Below, piece after piece: positions 30,717 through 42,200 of a stretch of 64,000 nt of DNA. Position 1 is the stretch's first letter. The number at the start of each line of letters is the position of its first letter. Made by a program: the position numbers and the translations under genes. Origin of the DNA: Cyanophora paradoxa CCMP329 (lineage: Eukaryota; Plantae; Glaucophyta); contig QPMI01000119.1 of NCBI GenBank assembly GCA_004431415.1, positions 18,645-82,644 of the forward strand, in the 5' to 3' direction. The notes beneath the pieces were generated by a model. That model searched no databases, had not been told where the DNA came from, and saw only the letters and a list, made by a program, of their open reading frames with translations.

Positions 30717-33700
30717 ATGCCCCGCCAATCCAATAGAATCATCAAAGAGAAGAAAAACGAAATACTCGGTCTTTTAGGAACCCTTTTAGTCACTGGTGAT
30801 ATTACAGAATTCGAATATGATCGCCAGGCAGCAATCTTGGATAGGAGACCAAGATTATCTCAACTCACAGAAATTACAAATCGACTGTATGATCGTTTTG
30901 AGAAAATGGAGGAATTCAGGGATGAAGGTTTAAGGTTGGGAGCGATTGCACCAGAGATTGAAGATGGGAAGCAATGAACAAAGCATATTCTTGGTTGACC
31001 TATCGAGCCAGAGGGAGGTTATCCAAGATGGGATTGAATTCTTGGAGAGAATTGCACCCACTCTACCTCAGAGACTCAGACAGAAACTCCAAGACCTGCG
31101 AGCAATTAAAACTCGGTTGACCTTCATTTGTAAATTCACCAAAGTGAGTGATCAAAGGGTGTGGATCACCAAATTCATTTACAGTGATTACTTTGTCATC
31201 ACAAGATCACGAAATATTGATGTTGAACTGCGAAATGCCCTTCAATCTATGCAGGAACAGATGATGCAGGTTGACAGTTACAGACTGGATCGCATTGAGA
31301 TGCTGAGAGTGGTAATAATGTCTTATGCTCCTGTGGGTGGTTGCTTCTTCTCGACACCTGAGTGGATTGGATCAAAGAGAGCAACTGTGAATGTCAAGAA
31401 TATTGATGGTCAAGACTGCTTCAAGTATGCAATCTTGGCTTACCTGCACCGAAATGATATTAATAAACACAAGAGCAATGAACCCAGCCAGTATAGAAGA
31501 TGGTTAAACGAACTCGATTTCGAGGGCATCCAGTTTCCAGTTGCCTGTGATGCAGAGGTTATTGATCGATTTGAGGAGCAGAACCCTGAACTCTCAATCA
31601 ACATTTATGGTGCAGATAATCAAGCACAGTGTTTCTATCCTCTCCACCAATCCAGCAACCCCAGGAGAAAGACCAAGATTAACCTTTTATTAATCGAAAA
31701 CGAAGAGGATGATAGAGGGTATTATATCACCATCATGTCTCTGAGTAGACTTCTGAAAACCACCTTTGATAAAGCCCATGATGGTCGCATTTATTATTGT
31801 GAGACCTGTCTGTCTCGTTTCAGAACTCAGGAGAAGCTGGATGTACATATAGAAGCAAATCGCTGCATTGATTGGAGGGAAAGCAAAGGTAAATGTCCGA
31901 AATCTGGAAGTCACATTGCATTTGGGCTTCAACACCTTCGCAAAACTGTGTGGCTTCCCACTATCTGCTATGTGAAAATGGACAGTCACTCGGTTCCAAT
32001 TGATGAGAACCGCAGTAAGAGAGAGGTTAAATCGGTTTCTCTAACAGTTGTGATGGGGGATGAGGTGATCTCTCATTATTTCGAGGGATCAGATCCACTT
32101 GGTGCTCTGTTTACCACTCTCACAGAGATCAGACCCCAAGTAATCCGCACTCTATTCACCAATATTCCAATGCACCCACTCACAGAGGAGCAGAAAGCAC
32201 AATACAAGATTACTAAACACTGTTATATCTGTGCTGAACGATTTACCCATGAGAATTTCCCAGTGAGAGACCATTGTCATCAATCAGGAGCATTTATTGG
32301 GAAAGCATGCAGAAACTGCAATCTCCACAGGAGAATCTCGAAACAAACCAAGGTTGCAATAGTGGTGGATCACATGGATGAATGTGGACACGAAATATTC
32401 CGCAAAATTGCACAGCAAGATGATAAACTTCGTGTTGAGATTCTGAGCAAGAATTTCGATCAATACCTCTCTCTGCAATGGGGCATGTGGAAATTCATAG
32501 ATGCTTCGCACTTCATGGACTTCCAGGCAGTGGATTCTGGTGATCTTATGAGTAAATTCCAGACATTCCGAGAATTGGCGTTTACACAATATGGATTGGA
32601 TCCTGCCCATTATGTGAGCGCTCCTGGATTATCCTGGGATGCAATGCTCATTTATACCAGAGCAAAGATCGAGCAGATCAGTGATGTAGGGCAATACGAA
32701 TTTATTGAGAGGGCAATTCGAGGTGGGTTTGCTACAATGCCTACTCGATATGCAAAGGTGGATAACCCAGATGACCATATAGTTCTCTTAGATGCAAATA
32801 ATCTGTATGGTTATGCTCTCAGTCAAGAACTGCCCATTGGAGATTTTCGATGGGAAGATATCACAGAGGCACTTAAAGAGACCCCAGGACGAAGTGCCTT
32901 TATTGAAGTAGACCTGGAATACCCACAAACTCTCACAGATCATTACGATTTTCCACTTGTAGTGAATAAAGAACATGTCACCACCGAAATGCTGGGTGGG
33001 TATCAAAGAAAGTTACTGGATATCACAGGTGAGAAGATAAGCAAAGACCCCAAACTCACTGCAACATTCTCACCCAAAAACAAGTATGTTATCTCCCAAC
33101 CTCTCTTGGTCTATCTTGTGAGCAAAGGTATTATAATTAAGAAGGTTCACAGGGTTCTCTCATTTGCAACCTCTGCATTCATGAAGAGTTATATTGATCT
33201 AAATACGAAACTGAGGCGCCAATCTGTCACCAGATTCGAGTCTGACTTCTTTAAATTAATGAACAATGCAATCTATGGTAAATGCCTCGAATCATGCAGG
33301 GGTCGATCTGTGGTAAAGATTGCTAACAGTGAGAAACTCTGCAAGAAATATGCTGCAAGTCCATTGATCAAGGCAACCAATGTATTAAACGAAAATGCTG
33401 TTGCCTTTGAGATGTACTCAAAGCATGTTCACTTAGATAAACCAGTAGCAATTGGTGCTTTTGTGCTGGATTTCGCCAAACTCCATAATAGCAGGTTCTT
33501 TTATGATGTGGTGAGGAGAACTTGGGAAACAGCAGAGCTGCTGTTCCATGATACAGATTCTTTCTGTCTACTGCTGCATACCAATGATCTAAATAATGAG
33601 ATGAAGCGAATTGCTGAACACCTGGATTGCAGTAATTATGATCCAGCCCACCCTCTCTTTGATAGGAGCAATCGTTTGATTCCAGGTAAATATAAAAACG

Positions 33701-33996
33701 AGTTTCCCCATGCAAAGATTGTGGAGTATGTAGGTCTGAGATCGAAACTCTATGCTTTCAGAACTGAGACCTTTGATAAAATAAAAATGTCTGGAACCTC
33801 CTCAAAAGAGGTTTACTTTGATGATTTCAAGAGATGCTTGTTTGAAGGCATCACCAAAACAGTAGCAGTAGTAAACAAGCGAAGACAAGACCACAACCTA
33901 TATGATTTGGAGAGCAGAAGGGTGGCTCTAAACCAACTCGATAGCAAAAGGAAGATATTAGACGATGGAATTCACAGCATTCCATTTGGGCTCTAA
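30717..33996 (+). CDS. Maverick-type family B DNA polymerase (main ORF 30946..33996; upstream ORF 30717..30977 probably joined via two frameshifts)
   Basis: DANNLYG, KLMNNAIYGK, HDTDS, GLRSKLY; EndoVII-like Zn finger HCYIC...RDHCH...CRNCN; YGLDPAHY..APGLSWDAML. Confidence 0.92.
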
Positions 33997-34179
33997 TCTA
34001 CTTCATTAATCTTTCTTTTTCTTTGGTTTCGCTCTCCAAGAAGTAATAAACCGCGAATTAAATGCAGCAGCCAAATACATCTTAATCCAGGATCATTGGG
34101 CTCGATTGCAAAATAGTTTGGAATTGTGTTCTCTTTCCACACAGACTCTTGCATTTATTATATGAGAGATAAGGTAAAG

Positions 34180-35580
34180 ATGCCTTCAACACAAATAGGA
34201 TTGAGACAACCACCAAGAATTGTGAGAAAAGAGGCAATTGAAGATCGAGGGAATATCCTGCCCATCACAGTTCCAGTGGAGGAGAAGAGCAGTCGAATAT
34301 TAAAAAGATCAGAGATGGTCAAGCAATTAATCCCAGAGACCCTCCCAGCTGAGACAGCAACAAAAGAGTCAAAGATTGCTAAGAAGTTCTATGATCCCAG
34401 GACAGGCTACAAAGGATTTACTGCAATGAGACAGGAACTACCAGAGGAGAACTACAAGAAGATGAGAGAATGGTATGATAAGCAGGAGGTTGTCCAAATT
34501 AATGCACCCACTCTATCTCGAAAGAGAGATCCCATGATTCCAATTAGGCAACCCCTTGATACATATGTGATTGATCTGCTCTTCTTTCCTGCATACAAAA
34601 AGCAGAATGATGGTTATGATACATTTATGAGTGCAATGGAATCAACCCTGAGAACAGGGTTCATAATTCCAATGAGAGACAAGAGTGCTCTTACTACTCT
34701 TGCAGCATTCAAGCAACTTGAACAAAGAGTCCCCAGACCGATTGTTCGCATTCAGAGTGATAGTGGAAGCGAATTTACCAATGTGCTATTCACAGATTAT
34801 TTGGGAACCAAAAGCATAGAGCATCAACTAAGTGATGTTGCAGATCACAGAACCCAAGGTCGAATTGAAGCCTTTAACAGACAGATCAAAAGATTGATCA
34901 CAAACTACTGCATTGCAAATAATACTGCACGATTTTTTGATGTGTTGGGTGATATTGAGTATAATTATAATAATACCATTCACTCTGCAACCAAGAGAAA
35001 ACCAGCAGAGACCACAGAAGCCCACTACAAAGAGATTGTGAATATGGAGGATCAGAGATTCAAGAAATCGATTGAGTATCTTGATGCTCTGAAACCTGGA
35101 ATGTTTGTGAGAGTAAAAGTTGAAAAGAATCCATTTGCAAAGCAGGGTGTTAATTGGTCTCGAATTGTTTATAGTGTGGAGGGCAGAGAGGGCTTCAAGT
35201 TCAGAATCAGAAGTCCAAGTGGTGAGATAGTTGATGGTAGATTCGCTTTTCATGAACTGCTGCCCATCAAAGGTGTTGAGTATCATGAAACTCCCACAGT
35301 GGATGCCCTTGAACATGCAAAGGAGGAAGCCAGGGTTGATTCTGCAATCAGAAAGGAGGGCATAGAAAAAGCAAGTGAAGTACCAAAAGAACCCCTCACA
35401 GAAGCAAGAGCACAAAAGAAGGGTAGAGTAGAGAAGGAATTAAAGAAGTTGACCATAGCAGGAACCCAGAAATTATCAGAAGTTAACAGTCAGAGGTGGT
35501 ATAATGACTTTTCAACCACCAAGGAAACATATACTGCACCCCAAACTCGATTTAATCTACGAAGTGGGCAGAGGAAATAG
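34180..35580 (+). CDS. rve (DDE) integrase
   Basis: FYDP, VIDL, IQSDSGSEF, QGRIEAFNRQIK, YNNTIHSAT. Confidence 0.92.
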   Translation: MPSTQIGLRQPPRIVRKEAIEDRGNILPITVPVEEKSSRILKRSEMVKQLIPETLPAETATKESKIAKKFYDPRTGYKGFTAMRQELPEENYKKMREWYDKQEVVQINAPTLSRKRDPMIPIRQPLDTYVIDLLFFPAYKKQNDGYDTFMSAMESTLRTGFIIPMRDKSALTTLAAFKQLEQRVPRPIVRIQSDSGSEFTNVLFTDYLGTKSIEHQLSDVADHRTQGRIEAFNRQIKRLITNYCIANNTARFFDVLGDIEYNYNNTIHSATKRKPAETTEAHYKEIVNMEDQRFKKSIEYLDALKPGMFVRVKVEKNPFAKQGVNWSRIVYSVEGREGFKFRIRSPSGEIVDGRFAFHELLPIKGVEYHETPTVDALEHAKEEARVDSAIRKEGIEKASEVPKEPLTEARAQKKGRVEKELKKLTIAGTQKLSEVNSQRWYNDFSTTKETYTAPQTRFNLRSGQRK

Positions 35581-35581
35581 A

Positions 35582-35824
35582 TTAACAACGCTTTCGGAAT
35601 CTCTTAGACCTCTGGCGAATTCTCCTCATTTGTCTATCTTTTTCAAGAATTTCCAAGAAGAAAGTTTCAAGGTTTGAGACCAGCTGGTAATTGTAAACAA
35701 AGAACAGTCTCACATGCTCTGGCTGTGACATGAAGAAATTGTAATAGAAAGCAGTTTTGAAATCATGGACCCAGTCTGATTGGGCAGCATGGATGATAGC
35801 AGGGTCTTGGTAGATGGGATCCAT
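35582..35824 (-). CDS. Hypothetical small protein
   Basis: Convergent ORF abutting the integrase stop; basic C-terminus. Confidence 0.4.
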   Translation of the reverse strand: MDPIYQDPAIIHAAQSDWVHDFKTAFYYNFFMSQPEHVRLFFVYNYQLVSNLETFFLEILEKDRQMRRIRQRSKRFRKRC

Positions 35825-35985
35825 AGCAGAAGTTGAGAGAATCCAGAAAATCCTTGTCAATTTTTTATTTTGTTAGTGCCCGATCTCAACGAAACAAGAA
35901 CGGCGCTGTCGAGAGGATTCCGAATCTGTTTTCAGAATTGAAAACGGAGCAGTTGGTAATAAAATACATATATATGACCGATATT

Positions 35986-36410
35986 GAAGTTTCGGTGAAG
36001 TTTCAATGAAGTTTCGGAGCGAAGTTTCAATGAAGTTTCGGAGCGAAGTTTCAACGAAGTTTCGGAGCGAAGTTTTTATGAAGTTTCGGTGAAGTTGCGA
36101 ATGACGTCATGAGTGTCTTTTCGGTTCGCGAATAATTAAGTGGACATGGCGGCGTCCCGTCGTTTTTTTGAAGAGGTGTCCTCGAAAATGGTGCCCCGTC
36201 ATTTTCGTGAAACGGTGTCCTCGAAAATGGTGCCCCGTCATTTTCGTGAATCCTGTTGAACAAAATGGTTGCTCGTCATCGCAACCAGGTTGCGCAACCA
36301 CTCAATCGGAAAAAAATTGGGTGCGCAACCACTCAATCGGAAAAAAATTGGGTGCGCAACCACTCAATCGGAAAAAAATTGGTTGCGCAACCAGTATGAC
36401 GTCATGACAT
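35986..36410. repeat. Internal non-coding cluster of tandem repeats (GAAGTTTC array; 39-bp x2; 31-bp x3)
   Basis: Seen directly; includes two ATGACGTCAT palindromes. Confidence 0.9.
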
Positions 36411-36863
36411 CACGTGTTTCATGACAAATATATATACCATACATTTCGTGTGACACAGAAGCCCCCAGTCGCCGACCGACCAATCCGCTATTTTATGGTC
36501 AAAATGTATATATGCGCATATATACTTGACGGTTCGCGTTACCACTGTCGGCATCGAATAACGTTCCTACTGTGGTGCTGTCGGCATCTTCAAATGCTTG
36601 TATCTCGTCACCAGAACATCGGATTGCGACCGTCGACATAGCGCTGGAAAGCGCTTGCAAAGACCTACACGACAATATAGGTGTCGAGTATATATATGTA
36701 TATATATCATACATATATTTCGAAAAAACGACTTGTCGGCTACTTTCTACTGCAAAGAACATGCAGTAAAATAATGCAAAAATACAGTAGCTACTGTAAA
36801 AATCGCCATAATGTGGGCGAAGATACAGTAGCCACTGGATCATACGTCAGGAATTCTGAAATA

Positions 36864-38405
36864 TTATACACTTCGAATAAATGCACCTGTAACATCCACT
36901 CTCATTGTTGGGGTATTTATATATACAATTGGATAAATACGAATATACCTTGTCCTCAGAGGGTAGCCAATATAGAAAACGTCTTTAATAGAGGTGGGAT
37001 ACCCAGAACTGTATGAGACATCACCACTGTTATGGGCATTATTAATTGTTTCACACATGAACACTCTATTCACACCTTCATACTTGATAAATGACCAGGA
37101 GACACCATCTTGTGAGGTTGCAACATTGAAGGTCTTAACAAAGGCATTGGTCACACCAGACCCATATGCAATTATAGATGCTACCTCATATATATATGGG
37201 AAGGATACTTGGAGATACTCAGTGGGAACACTCCATATCCCATCAGGAGCAGATGCATTTGCCTCCCAACCAGTTAATGAAGGTCTTGCTTTAAATGCCT
37301 CCCTTCCAATTTTTGATGATGAAGCAGTGAATGCACCATCTGATAGAAGATACCAGTTAGCATCAATGGGAGGTATGTTATTCAGAGTGGATGATATATA
37401 GAACCTTGCAGGGTTCTTGATTTCGTAATTTGCAACCAGTAAATCACAGAGTCTATCAATCATCACAGTGTTTGCTGCTATGTACATTTCGGTTGCATCT
37501 ATCATATCTGGGATCTTAGAGGTATCATCCAAAGAGTTTACTATGGTCTTTGGAAGTGGAACAGAGAGTCTATAATATCTTGCATATCCTTGATCATCAT
37601 TGTATGGGAGAAACTCTTGCATCTTTTCCAGAGCAGAGAGTTCACTTGCAGCCATCAACATATTAATTAATGGACTCCCAGAGGTCGAAGCAATCCATGA
37701 GAGAATGCCCCAGCTGTTGACATCTTCATAGGAATATCCCACATTTGGGGCATCTGTTTCATTGACCTCACCACAGGATATACTGATCACAATTATATCA
37801 TCATCATCATCATAGATCTTTTTAGCATGGCTGTAACCACATACACTGGGATTGTTGTTACCTGATATTGCACCATCAATTAGAGACATCCCATCATAGT
37901 TCACAGGTGAGAAGTAAGTAGGTGCAGCAGAGGTGGATCTTGCAGCAATCTTGCTGGGGATGGATTTGTAGGAATTATCATTGGTGATAAAGATGGGCTT
38001 CATACTCACAGTATCAAAACTTGTTATCACTACATCTTTTAGAGAGTCTTGAATGAGAGACTCACCAGTAACAGTGAGAATGGCTGTCTCCAATGGGGTC
38101 ACATCATACTTGGTGTTGAAAAGGGCATTATCTATAATATTTCTGGGATTAGCAAAGATTAAAGGCAATTGATTGAGATAAGTGGAATGCAAATCGGTTG
38201 CAGTGAGTTTAGGTTCGTTTGGGAATTCGGGATTTTTCACATTGAGACCAATCGCAATTATCCCACCAGTGGATGTACCACTCACCAGGTCAACAAGGTC
38301 TATTACTCTTTTTCCTGTTCGAGTTTCGATTTCTTTAAGCAATCTCGTAATAATTATACCACGAGCTCCCCCACCTGAGAGACTGAGGCAAATCTTCAAA
38401 GGCAT
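36864..38405 (-). CDS. Patatin-like phospholipase fused to an F5/8 type C (discoidin) domain
   Basis: SGGGARG, GTSTG, SAAPTYF, DGA; EYLQV...SQDGVSW...RYIRIYP...MRVDV. Confidence 0.92.
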   Translation of the reverse strand: MPLKICLSLSGGGARGIIITRLLKEIETRTGKRVIDLVDLVSGTSTGGIIAIGLNVKNPEFPNEPKLTATDLHSTYLNQLPLIFANPRNIIDNALFNTKYDVTPLETAILTVTGESLIQDSLKDVVITSFDTVSMKPIFITNDNSYKSIPSKIAARSTSAAPTYFSPVNYDGMSLIDGAISGNNNPSVCGYSHAKKIYDDDDDIIVISISCGEVNETDAPNVGYSYEDVNSWGILSWIASTSGSPLINMLMAASELSALEKMQEFLPYNDDQGYARYYRLSVPLPKTIVNSLDDTSKIPDMIDATEMYIAANTVMIDRLCDLLVANYEIKNPARFYISSTLNNIPPIDANWYLLSDGAFTASSSKIGREAFKARPSLTGWEANASAPDGIWSVPTEYLQVSFPYIYEVASIIAYGSGVTNAFVKTFNVATSQDGVSWSFIKYEGVNRVFMCETINNAHNSGDVSYSSGYPTSIKDVFYIGYPLRTRYIRIYPIVYINTPTMRVDVTGAFIRSV

Positions 38406-38432
38406 TTTGTCACTTTAACATTGACGGATATT

Positions 38433-39215
38433 TTAAGAATTGTTTACTAATCGGTAATCCTCATCAAACTTTAACAAGTTTGCACGAAATTCCTTTGCCT
38501 TTGAAAATGCATCTTCCTCTGTGTATTTTTTAAGTGTGAACCGTTTCGAATGTGTTTTCAAATTTCCAGTGTCATCTTTAATTGTTACAATAGCGCAAAT
38601 ATACCAAACATTCCATCTCTTGTCAAACGATTTGAAAATGTTCGAGGATTCATGAACAAATTTCCGATTGATTGAATTTACCCTCTGAGATACAATTCTG
38701 AGATTCTGTTTCCTATTATCAGATCTGATCTGATTAATGTGATCAATACATTCTTTTTGCTTTTCCCTTCATACTTCATTACAGCTCTATGCATATGTCG
38801 AAACTTGCATGTGTTTGATGAAACATAACCATTGTGCGAATGCCAAATATGAGAATCCAGAATATCAAAGTCTTCCACATCAATTAATCCAAGAACATCA
38901 TTCTGAGTTGTGAATTCAATCGTTTTATCATCAACATATCGATATTTGTTAAACACTTTTCCCTGTGCAATACAAACTTCTTTCAAAGCACTTTCGGCTT
39001 CATCTTTCGTATCAAATCGCTTTTCCTTTCTATTACCGATTTTGTCAAAATACTTCATCAACCACTTCTTTTACAGTCTGTTCTTTTTGAGAGATAGACA
39101 GTTCCACCATACTTTGCGATGTTATCACTGTAAAGCCACATTTTGCTCCGTTACTCCTCCTTATAATACTTATCCTTAAATACTTTTTGACATCATTTTT
39201 GAGGCGAAGGGGCAT
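38433..39215 (-). pseudogene. Frameshifted HNH(-AP2-like) homing endonuclease
   Basis: MHRAVM then a shift near 38755 into CIDHINQIRSDNRKQNLR...KRF...EEDAFSKAKEFR; 5' part also broken. Confidence 0.8.
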
Positions 39216-39264
39216 CTTTACTTAACTCAACTTTAATAAATCTCTATAAGTAGAGTAAACAGGG

Positions 39265-42200
39265 ATGAGTTTCAATTACCCAGCAAACCTACAAACCATT
39301 CCCTCATCAGGAAGAGGGAGGGCAGATAACAAACATGTAAATTTCGATAACTTGACAGCCAGAGGGTCAATCTCAATCGACCATAGTGCAGATGAACCCT
39401 CAAAGACTCACCGAAGAATGCATGCACTTTCAATAAACGAAATGGATCCTGAAAAAGAGGATGTGAGTGTTGCTTTCAGCATGGGGAATGTGAAATCGAA
39501 TCAGGTAGCCCAGATTAAAGCAACCAGGAGCAGACCAAGAAAACTGAAAACCAGTGGAACCCACCCAGATATTCCAACTCGATTCGATAGTGGTAGGTTA
39601 ATATTCAATGTTCAAAATGAGAAGGGTGGGCATCAGAGTGGTTTAAGAATCTATAATGAAGGATCAAATGCAATTGCACAAATTCCCGAAATATTACAGA
39701 TAGCCCCCCATGGAGAAACCAACAAAATCGAGTTCACTAACAATGTTTATCCAAGAGATATTGTGGCGAATTCGGCTTCTAATGCGCAATTCGGTTTCCA
39801 ACTACCTGGTGATACAGCAAAGAATAAGGCGTCTTTCACTGTCAACAGTAGCCCCACTCAACCAGTAACAATTCATTTACATCCAGACCTTGTCGAAATG
39901 GATAGGCACCTTTTACCTCTGGTAACTAATACCAAAGATCTTGGTATCAGAACCAGGCAATGGCGAAATATCCATGGAAGCAATGTCTATGCAAATGGAG
40001 AGAAACTTGTTAGTGAGAAGACCATCAGAGAAATATTTGAATATTATGGACCTGTCCCAGTTCCCTTTCCTCTTCCATGGGATCCACCAGATTTAACACC
40101 CAAAAAGCAACCAGGAAGAGAGTACACAGCAGATGAGACAGTTCCTTTTGGTCAACACATTGTGAGTTGGGAGCAGGTTCGCAATAAACCGATAATTGAA
40201 CCAAGAAAGCAAATTGATGAGCAATATTTACCTCCTGAAATCGATATTTTGGAGCTTGACGAATACCAATTCGTTCCAGATGAGGAGGAATACCTACCTG
40301 ATGGTTTCGACCCACAGGAGTATGAATATGATCAATATGCTCCCAATGAGGAAGAGTACTTACCAGATGGCTTAGATCCACAAGAGTATGAGTATGAGCA
40401 GAATTATGAACCCCATGAGGAATATTTACCAGATGGTCACGAACCACCAGTTGTGGATTATGAGCAACCTTACGAACCCCATGAAGAATTATTACCAGAT
40501 GGATTTCGACCTGAGATTTGGGAGTTCTTTCCAGATTGGGAGCAGATCAACAATAAACCAGCGAGATTTCCACCAGAGGATCACAACCATGACTGGGATG
40601 AGATCTTAGGTAAACCAGAGAAATTCCCACCAGAGGATCACAGGCATGATTGGGGTGATATTGATGGAAAACCAACTGAGTTTCCACCAGAAGACCACTT
40701 GCATATTTGGAGTGAAATACGAGAACAACCCACTTTTGCATCAGCAGGTAATGTATTATTAGGAGATATTAACAATGGTGTGAGTCTCTATCAAAATATA
40801 GACACACCAGCAAGATTACAATTAAATGATTACTATGTGAATCGAAAGGGAATAGATGCAGGCACCACAATGGAAGGCGAATTATACATTAGACCCCCTA
40901 CAAGAAATGGAATATTGGGACTTGGTGGTGGTATTGAAATTAAAGACACCAAACCAGGTATCTATCTTACCAGCTACTATGCAGATGACATCCCAATGAC
41001 AGGAGGTTTAATATCTTTACCTTCTGATCCAGCAAACTATGATGATAAAAACGCTGCAATCCAAATTAATGTTACTGATGTGAGTGATTTAGATTCATCA
41101 AGACCGAAATTAATATTCAGCAGAGAGAGATTGTTACCAGATGCACTTTTAGGAAATCGAGACGATTATAAACAGTGTGAGGTGTCATGGATTAAAACAA
41201 ATTATAATGGTGGAGTGGGTGAGGGAGTCTTAGAAATCAATCAGAGGGCAGCAGCAAAGAATATTCACAATGAGACCATATCAAGAGTGGTTACAGAGGA
41301 TTATCTGAGAGACAATGGAGCAACAATCATCGCAGGAATTGCTGTGGAGGGTGCTTACCTTCCTCTCACTGGTGGAACTGTCACAGGTGATGCTCATGCT
41401 CCGAATTTCCTTGTTGATACTCCAAATGCTCAGACATTTCCTGTTGTTCACCCAGGTGCTGAATATATATTAGATGCAAACACTCCAATTAGTAGAGTCG
41501 AATTACCAACGAATTTCACCTTTAATCTTGTGGATGTGTTCCCAAACAGCCATAATCTCATGTATTTCTCTTCTGAGAATTACCTTTCAGGTGCATTTTC
41601 GCCCATTGAACTCTCCATACCAAAGCAAAAGGTGAGCTACAAAGAACTCACAGATGTCCCGGCAGGATTTAGTGGTAAATGGACTGATATAACGGAGAAG
41701 CCAACTTGGAGTAGTTTAGCATTCACAGGTGATTACTATGATTTATCAAGAATTCCCGATTTCACCACTTATATACCTCGTTGGATTGATCAAAGTGTAA
41801 TTATATCAGAATCTACACTCCCTTTCAATGGGACATGGGATAGACTATTTACTAAACCGAATTTGCATGCTGTGGCTACAAGTGGTGACTACAATGATTT
41901 AACTAACACCCCTACTGCACCGACCTTGCATGCTGTGGCTACAAGTGGGAGCTATACAGATTTAGTTAATACACCTAACCTCCACGCTGTGGCTACAAGT
42001 GGAAATTATGATGATCTGATTAACACACCTACTTCGCCACCCACTCACAATCACAGCATAGAGTTGCTCACGAATTTCGGTAATTATGTGAATGCAAATG
42101 CATATGTGCAACAGGGGACAGCGAATGTAGTTTTGGAAAATAGAATATACAATGCAGGAGAGACCTTTCAGTTATCGGGAACGGTCGTATTCTCTACCCC

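Noticed and set aside
34828-35415. Antisense ORFs within viral genes (e.g. 195 aa here, 45228..45788)
   Set aside because: Shadow frames of well-supported genes with no motifs
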